This document shows, piece after piece, positions 54,737-64,000 of a stretch of 64,000 nucleotides of DNA. A program made the translations under genes and the position numbers. The DNA is taken from positions 186,001-250,000 of the forward strand of contig CP060773.1 of the NCBI GenBank assembly GCA_023205875.1, read 5' to 3'. The DNA comes from Chloropicon primus. Taxonomy: Eukaryota. Every line of letters starts with the position of its first letter. Within the stretch, counting starts at the first letter, position 1. The notes beneath the pieces were generated by a model. It was not told where the DNA came from. It ran no database searches and was given only the letters and a program-made list of their open reading frames with translations.

Positions 54737-55545
54737 TCAGTGAGGCTTCGGAACGAAGCCGTCGACCGCCATGTTTCTGGTCGCGCTCGGGATTCTCACC
54801 CTGAGGCCCTCGAGCTCGTGGCAGCAAATGATTTGGCACCCCAACCTGCTGGTCTCCGTCAGGCCAAAGGCAAGGTCGAGCATGTCGTTCTCATCGTCCG
54901 TGGGCTCCTGGCCAATCTCGTCCAGCAGATCGAACTGCTCCTCGTCCTCCACGATCACGTGGCAAGTGGAGCAAGCCAGAGACCCTGCAAGAAGGTGAGA
55001 GGAGAAGGAAATGAAAAACGACAGTCAGACTCCGTCTCTTGCCCCTCGTGTCTGCTCACCGCCTTACCTTCGCAAGCACCCTCGAGCTCGATATCGTTCA
55101 TGTGAGCAATCTCGAGGAGGCTCTTGCCCACTGGCGCCTCTATGACTTCCTCCCCCCCATCCTTGTCTATGAACGTCACCGTTATGGTTTCCGCGTTGAA
55201 GTCTGCACCAAGCAGAGACTCCCCCCTGTGCCCCCTCACCTGCGTAGTCAGGCAACTCGCGGCGCCACCAAGTGGCTCAACAACTCCTTTTGCTGACCGC
55301 GCTGATTCCGCAAACTTGAGTGCCCTGCCGCTCGTCGGAGCCGCCACCGAAGAAAGAGTACGGTGAGCCAAGGAGGCACCCCAACGGAGTTCCAGCCTCA
55401 ACGGCGGCGCGGGCATACCATAGCAGCCGCCAAGCGCCTGTGATGCTGGGACTAGAGAGGGACTATGCTGTGCGTTCGGTTTCAGAGCATCACGAAACCC
55501 TCTGCTCAAGCACTCCACCACACGGTCCACAACCTTTCGTCGCAT
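54737..55545 (-). CDS. Mitochondrial adrenodoxin-like [2Fe-2S] ferredoxin, spliced
   Basis: [19 protein letters not shown] / [40 protein letters not shown]. Intron ~54985-55067. Confidence 0.95.
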
Positions 55546-55784
55546 ACTGCCTTGAGCTGCCTCAGCCTACCAACCTAACTCGCTAACTGGTTGTGAGAGA
55601 CCAAAGGACAAGAGTTACAGATGGTGAGGAAGGTGATAAGGAAGACGATGAAGATGAGGAATCGCGTCAGTTACGTGAGCGAACGTCCACTCGTAACGCT
55701 CAACCAGCCGCCTTACCCTCAAATTTCTAGACGCGTCTAGAATGAATGTGACCCCAGCTCCAACGAACAAAACCAAACGAAACC

Positions 55785-56460
55785 CAAACCAAGCTTGCGA
55801 CCCACCAATCGAAAGAGCGCGAGCCAAAGCTTCGTCTAGTACCCTCCTCTTCCCCTCTCAATGCCGTTCCCGTCGTCACCGTCCTCTATAAGGTGGCTCA
55901 ATCGGGTACTTCCTCCTTCACTTTCTGGAACAAAAGTCCATGCCTCGACCAATCCGAGCACCAAATGGGTCAAGTGAGGGCTCGTTGGAAAGACCTCGAG
56001 GAGATCTTTCGTCCAGTACCCTCGTCTTGTCCTTAAATCCTCGTACCCGCCTCCTAAGACCTCCGCTTTCTCTTCGGTCTCGTCTCGTCTCCTTCTTCGT
56101 GGAGGATGCCACAAAACACTTGTGGCTGCGGAGAGCCCAGCGACCAGCAGGTGAGTGAAGCTCGAGACTTCGCGATGAATCTGAGGGCGAGGGACGAGAG
56201 AGGAAGGAAGGAGAGGTGTATAGAAAGAAGCATCGTCTCTTTCTCTTTCGAATGAGTGCAGCCTCGAGGATTTTGACCCAGTGAATAGGATTTGATCTCC
56301 TTTCTCTTTCGATCGAACACGGCAGAGAGAGAGAGAGAGAAGTTGTCCGTCCAGAGGGAACGAGAGCGAGGGGAAGGGAGAGGAAGGGAGGACAGTTGCA
56401 GAGAGAGAAGCTTTGTCTCTTGCTCTTTTGAATGAGTGCAGCCTCGAGGATTTTGACCAA
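55785..56460. repeat. Repeat family A copy plus family D inverted copy in a divergent promoter
   Basis: 55785-56110 matches 347-668; 56225-56460 matches the reverse complement of 50590-50800. Confidence 0.88.
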
Positions 56461-56537
56461 GTTTTGACCAAGTTTCGTGACAACTGAGAAGGATTGTTTG
56501 CCCAAAAGTCTGCAGGATTGCATCGGGTGTGGACGTG

Positions 56538-57584
56538 ATGAGAGGAGGGGGTGGGAGGGGTGGGATGGCGGTGGCCTCGCCCTCCTCTTGCTTGAGAGGA
56601 TCGTGGTCAACGCTTCGTGGTGCTTCGTGCCGAATGTCTTGCAAGAGGAGGCTGGAAGGAGGTGGACTGAGGGGGCTGAAGGGGCATCTCCATCCCCGAG
56701 TGAGCGTCCGGGAGTGTCGTGGTGGTGAAGCAGAAGAGCCTGGTGGTCATGCTGCTGGACCGAGGGGGCTGAAGAGGCGCACCCGCTCGGCGATGAGGGA
56801 GGAGTCGCGAGAGGTTGGAAACGGGTTGGTGTTGGGAAGGAGGCTGGCAGGTGGACTTTTGACGTCGACACTGCCTTTGGCATGTGGAGCAAGGAGGGCC
56901 ATGGCTGCTCCTGAGCTCATTAGCGATGCGTGGGAGAAGCTTGGTGGGGGCCAAGCGGACATCTTTTATCCTGATTTGTTCGAGGGCTGTTGGCAAGTGG
57001 CTTCGACGCTCGTCGATGTTCAGCAAAAGGGTGAATACGATGCGGACCAAGTCCAGCAAGCGATCGAGAACGAGTTGAACAAGACCTTGAGGTATGAGCA
57101 GTGCTTTGTGAGGAACGGGAGGGGGCTTGTGGTCGCTGATCGGGGGCTGAATACGAAAAAGATCACCGAAGCGATACTCGGGGCGAGGGATGACATCAGG
57201 TACAACTGGAACGTGGACGATCCGAACGTCCTGAGGATTGACCTCAAGGGCTTGAAGATCTTCACGCGCGTCACGAGGAGGTTCAGTTCAGCGGGATCGG
57301 ACGTTGCCTCGCCGAGCTTGAGGACTCTGGAGACTTCCGAGCTCTTTGAGCAAGTCTTCGACAACGGCCTGGGGAATCCAAGGGTGAAGGCGTCTCGCCT
57401 CATTACTAAGTGGAAGTGGAGGACGCTCGACGAAACCCCAGAGGGGCAGCCCCGAATCCTTGCGAACCAGGTGCTCAGCAACTATGCGACTCCCTTGGAC
57501 TCGAACACCGCAGACCTGAGTTTCACCAATCTGTCGGAGCCTGCAAGCATCTACAAGTACAAAATGGCTTTCTTTAGTGTGTAA
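56538..57584 (+). CDS. Probable plastid/thylakoid hypothetical protein (cyanobacteria/plant conserved type)
   Basis: Transit-peptide-like N-terminus with RR; DIFYPDLFEGCWQVASTLV, VVADRGLN, WNVDDPN. Confidence 0.7.
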   Translation: MRGGGGRGGMAVASPSSCLRGSWSTLRGASCRMSCKRRLEGGGLRGLKGHLHPRVSVRECRGGEAEEPGGHAAGPRGLKRRTRSAMREESREVGNGLVLGRRLAGGLLTSTLPLACGARRAMAAPELISDAWEKLGGGQADIFYPDLFEGCWQVASTLVDVQQKGEYDADQVQQAIENELNKTLRYEQCFVRNGRGLVVADRGLNTKKITEAILGARDDIRYNWNVDDPNVLRIDLKGLKIFTRVTRRFSSAGSDVASPSLRTLETSELFEQVFDNGLGNPRVKASRLITKWKWRTLDETPEGQPRILANQVLSNYATPLDSNTADLSFTNLSEPASIYKYKMAFFSV

Positions 57585-57716
57585 CAAAATGTATCCTCCA
57601 CCTCCGCAGAGAGGCAGACACGGAGTCCGCTTTGTTTTGGGACAATCAAGGACGACTCCATCGGCAATGGCATATGTTCCAAAGTGTTACGTAACGCTTG
57701 CAATGTGATAGATGCA

Positions 57717-58319
57717 TCACTCGCCTTGCCTCTGAGAAGCGCCGAGAGCGAGGCCAAAGGCCGCGGACGCGAAGCTGAGGCCGAGGCCCAGCGGAAGAGC
57801 GCGAGGAACGGACAATGCAAGGACACCAAGTGCCCACACGTAGGGAACATTCTGCTTTGCTTTGGCGTCGAGTGTTCTCAAGCCTCCCTCCACTTCCCTC
57901 GACCGTCTGGTCTTCACATCGTCCAAGTCCTTGAAAGTTTGCTCCTTTTTCGTGGCCGCTTGGTAGAACAATCCCGACGAAGCAAGGACGCCGGCAGGAC
58001 CGAGTGGGCCCCAGGGAAGGCACTCCCCAGTAACCGCGCTCCATGTGGTGAATGGAAAGGTTCTCGTGTCAGCCGGGCACGGAGCGGTTTCTGGGCACGA
58101 GCATGGTGAGGAGGAGACGCTCTCCGCTGCTCTGGCTTCGTCACTAGTCACCACACCTTGAAGCACCACGAGCGTCGTCGCCACCGCGTCCCGCCTCCTG
58201 TAAAGCATCCGCCTCCTGGACAAGGAATTCTGGCGATGAGCGTCTTGGACGAAGGCAGTGTCCTCCACCGTGGTGGTTGCCTTCCTCTGCCCTCCACCGT
58301 GCCGAGTCACTCCACCCAT
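57717..58319 (-). CDS. Hypothetical protein, twin-Arg-like N-terminus and hydrophobic C-terminus
   Basis: RRRDAVATTLVVL..ARA; C-terminal TM segments. The ORF-track extension to 58499 lies in repeat E. Confidence 0.5.
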   Translation of the reverse strand: MGGVTRHGGGQRKATTTVEDTAFVQDAHRQNSLSRRRMLYRRRDAVATTLVVLQGVVTSDEARAAESVSSSPCSCPETAPCPADTRTFPFTTWSAVTGECLPWGPLGPAGVLASSGLFYQAATKKEQTFKDLDDVKTRRSREVEGGLRTLDAKAKQNVPYVWALGVLALSVPRALPLGLGLSFASAAFGLALGASQRQGE

Positions 58320-58580
58320 GGCGTCACGCGACGGCTCGTTCGAAAGAGCAAGAGATGACGCTTCCTTCTCTCCGGTTCTCCGTTGACCTGCTACCCCGCC
58401 GCGCGCGCTCCGTTCCTCCTTCTTTCTCTCTCTCTCCCTCCTCCTGGTTCGCCCTCGTGCTCGGCCGTTATGATGGTTCAGCGGAAGGGAGAAATCCACC
58501 AGAAGAGAAAAGAACAGAGAGGGGAGGAGGGAGGAAGGGAGAGAGGAGGAGGAAGAGGAGAGAGGAGGAGCTTACCATTA

Positions 58581-58615
<35 letters not shown>

Positions 58616-58822
58616 TTGTGTGTGCCCGGCATTGTTTGCAGGGTGAAGGATCATCAAGCAGAGACAGAGACACGCACAGAGACAGAGAGTTCTCGCTTGC
58701 TTGGCATCTTGGGACAACGAAGGTCATCTTTTTCTCGATGAATGTCAAAGTACAGGTTGTTGTTGTTGGTATTTATGGTGTTTAGAGCATCATTCATATT
58801 TACATTGTGCTCCATTGGGTGA

Positions 58823-61093
58823 TCACGCGTGTGCGTGCCGATGGTTCGAATGGTTGTGGTGAGGCTCTGAGGCACCCTCCTTCTCTTGCTCCTTGTGGTG
58901 GTGGCCTTTCGTGTGGTGCCCCTTCACGTTGAGCCTGTTCAGTGCGGTCAAGGCGTCCTCAAAGTGCTTGAAGAGCACGGCGACGTCCTGCGGGTCCATC
59001 TCCTCCGGCACGGAACCGATCTGGTCGATGTTGATGGGGTGCTTGAGAGAGCTCAAGACGTTCTCGTTCAGAACGTTCAGCTGCTCGGGGGCGTTGGCCT
59101 TCATCTTCTTCAGCATGTTCAGTATGCCCTGGTAAATGATGCGGAGCTCCTTCTTCACCTTGTACAGGCTCTTCGCCTTGGTCTCAAGCCCCGCGAGGTC
59201 GTTGTCCAGCTGAGCCTGAAGGGTGATGTGCCTCACTTCCTCATTCCTTTCCATGAAGATGCCCTTGCCGGTGAGATGAAGGAGCTCCAAATCCTCGTGA
59301 AGGGCCAGCTTGTCGGCCTTCATGTCGGCAAGCATCCTCTCGCGGCTCTCCTTCTCGTTGCGCAGGTTGATGAGACCCTCGACCGTTTTATTCCAGACAC
59401 TGACCACCTCGTCCGCGTTCGTCGTGTCGGTGACCTTGTACAACTTATGTAGCTTCACCATCGTGCTCGTCGTCTTGTCGACTTCGGTGGAGTCCTCGAC
59501 CTTGTCCATGTTGGCGTTCTGCACCGTGGTGATCAGCCCCAAGAAGTTCGTGTTGATGATCTGGCTCTCGGTGACGAGTCCCATCTTCTTCGATTGCTTC
59601 TTCAGCTTTGCGAGCTCATTCCTCTTGAAGGCAAGCATCTTTTGTTTCCTCTTCCTCTCCTCCTCGTGACGCTGGAGCCACTTGAATTTCTGAATCTTGG
59701 CCGCATTCACAGACGTTTTGATCTTCACCTGTTCCTTCTTCGCCAGCTTGGTATCCCCGACCTCCTCCTCCACCTCCTTCTGCTTCTCTTGCACCTTCTT
59801 GTACGTCTCGACGTGAAGCTTAGCGACCCGCTGCAAGATGTGCTTGAAGATCATCCTTCGGGCGATGATGACGAACCGGTCCTCCTCCCTCTCCGCGATC
59901 ATTTCCTTAATCTCCGCCTCCCGCTTCAAGAGCTTCTGCCGATGCTTCAGCTCCTTCTTGTGAGTCTTGTTCTTCAGCTTGATCGTCGCCCTCTGCGTCT
60001 TGATCAGCTCCTCCCCCTCGAGCGCCCGGAACTGAAGCCTGTCGTACTCCACCGCCAAGTTCCTGATCTTGTAACGCAGCTCGTCCTCGAAATCAGCGAT
60101 GAGGGCCTCGTTCTCCCTCTTCGCCTCGTTCTCCATCCAAGGGTCAAGCGAAGACTGCGTCGGGGTAGTCGCCTTGAGCTTCAAGAGGCTCTTGCCCTCC
60201 GGCGTGCTCTGGGCCGAGTCCACGCTCCACACCCCCGAGTCCTGCTTCGAGATCACGCCGGACATCGGGTTCGTATTCGGAGTGATTCTGTTGTTGGCGA
60301 CAAACTTTCTGCTCATGCTCCCCCTTCTCGATTGCATCGGGGTGCCCGACGCACTATTCTGCTGGCTCAGGCCCAGCCCTTCCCTATCCAGTGGCTGGCC
60401 CTCCGACAGAGACTCGAGCGCGAGTCCCAAGCCCACCGACGAGGTGAAGGTGTCCTCGAGGGATGCCACCACGCCGCCGTCGACGCTTCCCTTGCTCGCA
60501 TCCAAGTCCGATTCGCCCTTGGCCAGCCCCGAGATCTTGGGCAGACTCGTGTGACTCGACGAGAGCGAGCCGGGGGTGCCTGGCCCCGGGCTCGCCTTCT
60601 CCATCATTAGTTTCCGTTTCCTCGCGCTTTCTTTCCTCAGGCTCTGACTGTATTGCTGACTCCTCTCCCTCGAGTTCCGCAGTGCCTTCTCCTCCGGCGT
60701 CTCCTTCGTTCTCCTGGGCCTCCTCTTCCTCAGGACTGTGACCCTCTGACTCGGCGAGTCCCCGTCCGAGTCCGAACAAGACTTGGTGCTCGCTCCGGTG
60801 TTGCTGACTTGAAACGACAGCCGTGTCAGAGAAAAGTGCAACGAGGAGCTGTCCAAGTTCGGGTCATGCTCCTTGGAGAACGGTGACCCGAATGCTTCCC
60901 CTCCAGATGCACTCCCACCACCGTCCAGCAACAAGTCAGAAGACTCATCGTCCTCTCCGAACGTGCTGTACTTGAGCAGAGACTCAAAGGCTGGGCTCGT
61001 CTTTCCTGCGTTCTCCGCGAACCAGTCCGCGATATCATCGGGGCGAAGGCTCCCCGCACCAAACCTCATTGGTGAGGAGGTCCCTACGTCCAT
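58823..61093 (-). CDS. Large coiled-coil protein with disordered Ser-rich N-terminus
   Basis: 756-aa uninterrupted ORF; K/E-rich heptads in the C-terminal half. Confidence 0.75.
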   Translation of the reverse strand: MDVGTSSPMRFGAGSLRPDDIADWFAENAGKTSPAFESLLKYSTFGEDDESSDLLLDGGGSASGGEAFGSPFSKEHDPNLDSSSLHFSLTRLSFQVSNTGASTKSCSDSDGDSPSQRVTVLRKRRPRRTKETPEEKALRNSRERSQQYSQSLRKESARKRKLMMEKASPGPGTPGSLSSSHTSLPKISGLAKGESDLDASKGSVDGGVVASLEDTFTSSVGLGLALESLSEGQPLDREGLGLSQQNSASGTPMQSRRGSMSRKFVANNRITPNTNPMSGVISKQDSGVWSVDSAQSTPEGKSLLKLKATTPTQSSLDPWMENEAKRENEALIADFEDELRYKIRNLAVEYDRLQFRALEGEELIKTQRATIKLKNKTHKKELKHRQKLLKREAEIKEMIAEREEDRFVIIARRMIFKHILQRVAKLHVETYKKVQEKQKEVEEEVGDTKLAKKEQVKIKTSVNAAKIQKFKWLQRHEEERKRKQKMLAFKRNELAKLKKQSKKMGLVTESQIINTNFLGLITTVQNANMDKVEDSTEVDKTTSTMVKLHKLYKVTDTTNADEVVSVWNKTVEGLINLRNEKESRERMLADMKADKLALHEDLELLHLTGKGIFMERNEEVRHITLQAQLDNDLAGLETKAKSLYKVKKELRIIYQGILNMLKKMKANAPEQLNVLNENVLSSLKHPINIDQIGSVPEEMDPQDVAVLFKHFEDALTALNRLNVKGHHTKGHHHKEQEKEGASEPHHNHSNHRHAHA

Positions 61094-62055
61094 CTTCCCC
61101 CTCCTTCACACCTCGTGCCTCCTCTTACTGCAGTGCTTGCCTGTGGCACCAGGGCACCTCTTCGCTAAAGCTTGTGAACCGGTGACTCCTTCACCAGGAC
61201 GCCGTTCGCTTCGAGTGAAGGCTTGAAAGAAAGAGAAAGAGGCAAGAAAGACGAATCTGACTCCTCCTCTCTCCCCTCCCCTCGTCCTCGTCGCTTCTTT
61301 GTCCCTGGTACACTTTATCTCCCTCAGACCCCTTCAAGAAGGGGAAAGAACTTCGTGTCAGGTCAAACTTTCTCACCAGAGCGCCGTTTCCTTCAAGCGA
61401 CGGCTTATTCGAAAGATCAAGAGACGATCGTTTGGATCACGTCCTCACCTTTCGCCTCCCTTGCCGTCCCCGGCTTGGAATCGTCGACAAAGTCCTCCCC
61501 TTTCCCTGGTCCCAGAGTCAACGCCCTTGTCCTTGGGATGAATGCCCCGGGAAAATGAAAAAAATTTACTCTTGAAATTGGAATAAATTGGGTGGCGGAG
61601 AAGCGCAGAGAGCAGAAGAGGGTCGACGGTTTGTTGGAGGAAACGAGGGTCGACGGAGCGACAAGAGGACGAGGGAGAGAAAAAAGTACGAAACTAGATC
61701 TCAAAATCTTTCGAACGACCCCTTGCTTGACGAATTTGACAACCGGAGTCACCAGCATCATCGCGTCATCGGGGTCCTTTGTCCTTTGTGTCCTTTGTGA
61801 CCACTAGTTTGTCTGAACTCGTGAGAGACTTGTGGCGGTCGTGAAAGAGGCGAGGCGTTACGATACGCGGTAACGCTTGTCGAGATCTTTCGAACGACCC
61901 CTTGCTTAACGAATTTGACTACGGGATACATCCTTGGCGTCCGTTACAAGGTTCTGGTCCTGGGATTAAGGATCGACGACGAGAGGGGAGAGGAGCGAGG
62001 AAGTGAGAGGATCCAGGAGGAGCATTAGCATCACCATCACATCCGTGGAGCAACG

Positions 62056-64000
62056 ATGAGGACGGCAAAGCACGCTTGGGTCTGGAACAAGAAATTCGGA
62101 GTCCAAAGGACCGAACTGGTGCGTCAGCAGCAAACACCAGCCACTTGTCAACTTGGGATGAGTCAGCGGTTGGGTCCTCTGTCAAGGAGTTCTGGGTCAT
62201 GTGGCAGGAGGAAGAGGAGGACGGGGTTCGTCAGTGCGGTTTACAAGGCAGAAGCTCCCGTGGAGGAAGCGGGAGGAACTGGTTTTGTCGAGAATCTCGA
62301 CGTCGAGTTGATCGCGGACCTCGGTGTCAAGGACGACTCGGACACGGGAGCGTTGCTGAAGAGGCTGATCGAGCTGGGCAGCTCCTCGCCCGAGTTCGTC
62401 CTCCCCCAGCACGAGCTCACCGAGGAGAAGAGGGTGCCTGGCTGCGCTTCGAGGGTTTGGATCGACTGCGAGGTCCGCGAGGAGGATTCGCTCGTGCACT
62501 TTCGAGGGTACAGCGACAGCGCCATCTCCAAGGGCATGTGCAACTTGCTGTGCAGAAACTTTTCTGGAAAGTTGACGCCGGAGTCCTTCCTCTCGATCGA
62601 CGAGTCCTTCTTGAAGGAGGTGACGAGGGGCTTGGGCCCCGTGCTGAGCAGCAGCCACCGCAGGCATGGCCTCTTCTCCATATTCGATTCCATGAGGAAG
62701 AGGGTTCACCAGCTGGTTTCCGGTGGAATCGACGAGCCCTTTCCGTCGCTGGTGATCACGAAGGAGGACCTGATCCCGCAGGGAAAGTACGCCGAGTCGC
62801 AGGCGACTTACCTCAAGCCCGACCAGTCCAAGGTGGACGACCTCGTCCGCTCGCTGAAGGAGACCAAGTGCGGAGTCGTTGCTCACTTTTACATGGACCC
62901 CGAAGTTCAGGGCGTCTTGGCGGCAGCCCAAAAGGATTGGCCGCACATTCATATCAGTGACTCCCTCGTGATGGCAGACAGAGCCGTGGACATGGCGGCC
63001 GAGGGAGGCTGTGAGAACATTTGCGTTCTTGGAGTGGACTTCATGTCCGAGAACGTCAGAGCAACGCTGGACCACCAAGGGTACAACGACGTCAACGTCT
63101 ACAGAATGGACGTGGACCTCATCGGCTGCACTCTTGCGGAAGCAGCCGAGTCCGAGAGGTACGAGAGGTACCTGGAGGAAGCTGCCCGCGCCACGGAGAA
63201 CGCCTTGCATGTCGTCTACATCAACACGAGCCTGAAGACCAAAGCGGTGGCGCAGTCAAAAGTTCCGACGATCACTTGCACGTCCTCCAACGTCGTTCAA
63301 ACGATCTTGCAGTCTTCGAGCCAGCTCGACGGGGACCTGAGCGTCTTCTATGGGCCCGATGCTTACATGGGCGCGAACATCAAGGAGATGCTGGAGCAGT
63401 TGTGCGGAACGAGTGACGAGGAGGTGAGAAAAATTCACAAGGACCACGACATCTCGTCCATCAAGAACCTCCTGAGCAGGTTCAGGTACTACCAGGACGG
63501 CATCTGCCTCGTCCACGACATGTTTGGATCGGAGGTGGCGCAGACCATAAGAGAGAGCTACGCGGACGCGTTCTGCACCGCTCACTTTGAGGTCCCGGGC
63601 GAGATGTTCAAGCTCGCCTTGCACGCGAGCCACAACGGCGACAGGGGCGTGATCGGTTCCACCAAGAACATTCTTGATTTCATTCTGGGCAAGGTGGCCG
63701 AGGCGAACGAGCACAACCTCGAGAGCGAGAGGCTGCAATTCATCCTCGGAACGGAATCTGGCATGATCACCAGTGTCGTGAACGCGGTGCAGGAGTCTCT
63801 GAGAGAGGCAGGCAGCAACGTCGAGGTAGAAATCGTTTTCCCGGTGAACTCCAGTGCGATCACTTCCGCGTCCCAGGCGAATGCGCCGGCCATGCCCTTT
63901 GGTTTGGACATTGTCCCTGGCCCTGCGGGGGGCGAAGGGTGCAGCATGGAAGGCGGCTGCGCCAGCTGCCCTTACATGAAGATCAACTCCCTGGACGCCC
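62056..64000 (+). CDS. QS: Plastid quinolinate synthase (SufE-NadA fusion); runs off right edge
   Basis: Frame-1 translation: SufE RVPGCASRVW..DSAISKG; NadA VVAHFYMDPEVQ, DSLVMAD, LGVDFMSENV, GCTLA, VYINTS, CTSSN, CLVH, AHFEVP, GCASCPYMK. Absent from the ORF track because there is no stop in the window. Confidence 0.95.
   Translation, partial: MRTAKHAWVWNKKFGVQRTELVRQQQTPATCQLGMSQRLGPLSRSSGSCGRRKRRTGFVSAVYKAEAPVEEAGGTGFVENLDVELIADLGVKDDSDTGALLKRLIELGSSSPEFVLPQHELTEEKRVPGCASRVWIDCEVREEDSLVHFRGYSDSAISKGMCNLLCRNFSGKLTPESFLSIDESFLKEVTRGLGPVLSSSHRRHGLFSIFDSMRKRVHQLVSGGIDEPFPSLVITKEDLIPQGKYAESQATYLKPDQSKVDDLVRSLKETKCGVVAHFYMDPEVQGVLAAAQKDWPHIHISDSLVMADRAVDMAAEGGCENICVLGVDFMSENVRATLDHQGYNDVNVYRMDVDLIGCTLAEAAESERYERYLEEAARATENALHVVYINTSLKTKAVAQSKVPTITCTSSNVVQTILQSSSQLDGDLSVFYGPDAYMGANIKEMLEQLCGTSDEEVRKIHKDHDISSIKNLLSRFRYYQDGICLVHDMFGSEVAQTIRESYADAFCTAHFEVPGEMFKLALHASHNGDRGVIGSTKNILDFILGKVAEANEHNLESERLQFILGTESGMITSVVNAVQESLREAGSNVEVEIVFPVNSSAITSASQANAPAMPFGLDIVPGPAGGEGCSMEGGCASCPYMKINSLDA

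Noticed and set aside
62056..64000. SufE-NadA fusion as a novelty
   Set aside because: Standard for plastid quinolinate synthase in the green lineage.

Overview
Compact, gene-dense eukaryotic DNA with short GT-AG introns, abundant (CT)n/(GA)n microsatellites and several plastid- or mitochondrion-targeted proteins. It looks like a small green alga, possibly Chloropicon-like (inferred from style and gene content, not verified). About 33 protein genes can be read, including PDK, CMC1, NDUFB7, SBDS, ClpB, serine acetyltransferase, HSP20, UBP6, ARPC2, LSM3, ALY/THOC4, PGM3, CREG, mitochondrial ferredoxin and SufE-NadA quinolinate synthase. Two things stand out. (1) An intact, intron-less Fanzor2 (IS607-type TnpB-derived) RNA-guided nuclease gene at 30172-32268 (-), with no transposase in the window. 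It is followed by a strongly structured ~150-nt omega-RNA-like region whose predicted end coincides with a canonical spliceosomal donor (CTAACAG|GTAAGT) of a possible 72-nt intron, so the guide may be changed by splicing. (2) A recurring intergenic architecture: a ~20-bp motif (about [C/A][A/G]TT[C/G]GAAAGAnnnnGAGA[C/T]) in same-strand pairs about 177-184 bp apart, usually facing an opposite-strand copy or pair about 250-300 bp away, carried on several dispersed promoter-region repeat families. All calls come from reading by eye; exon boundaries and some starts are approximate.
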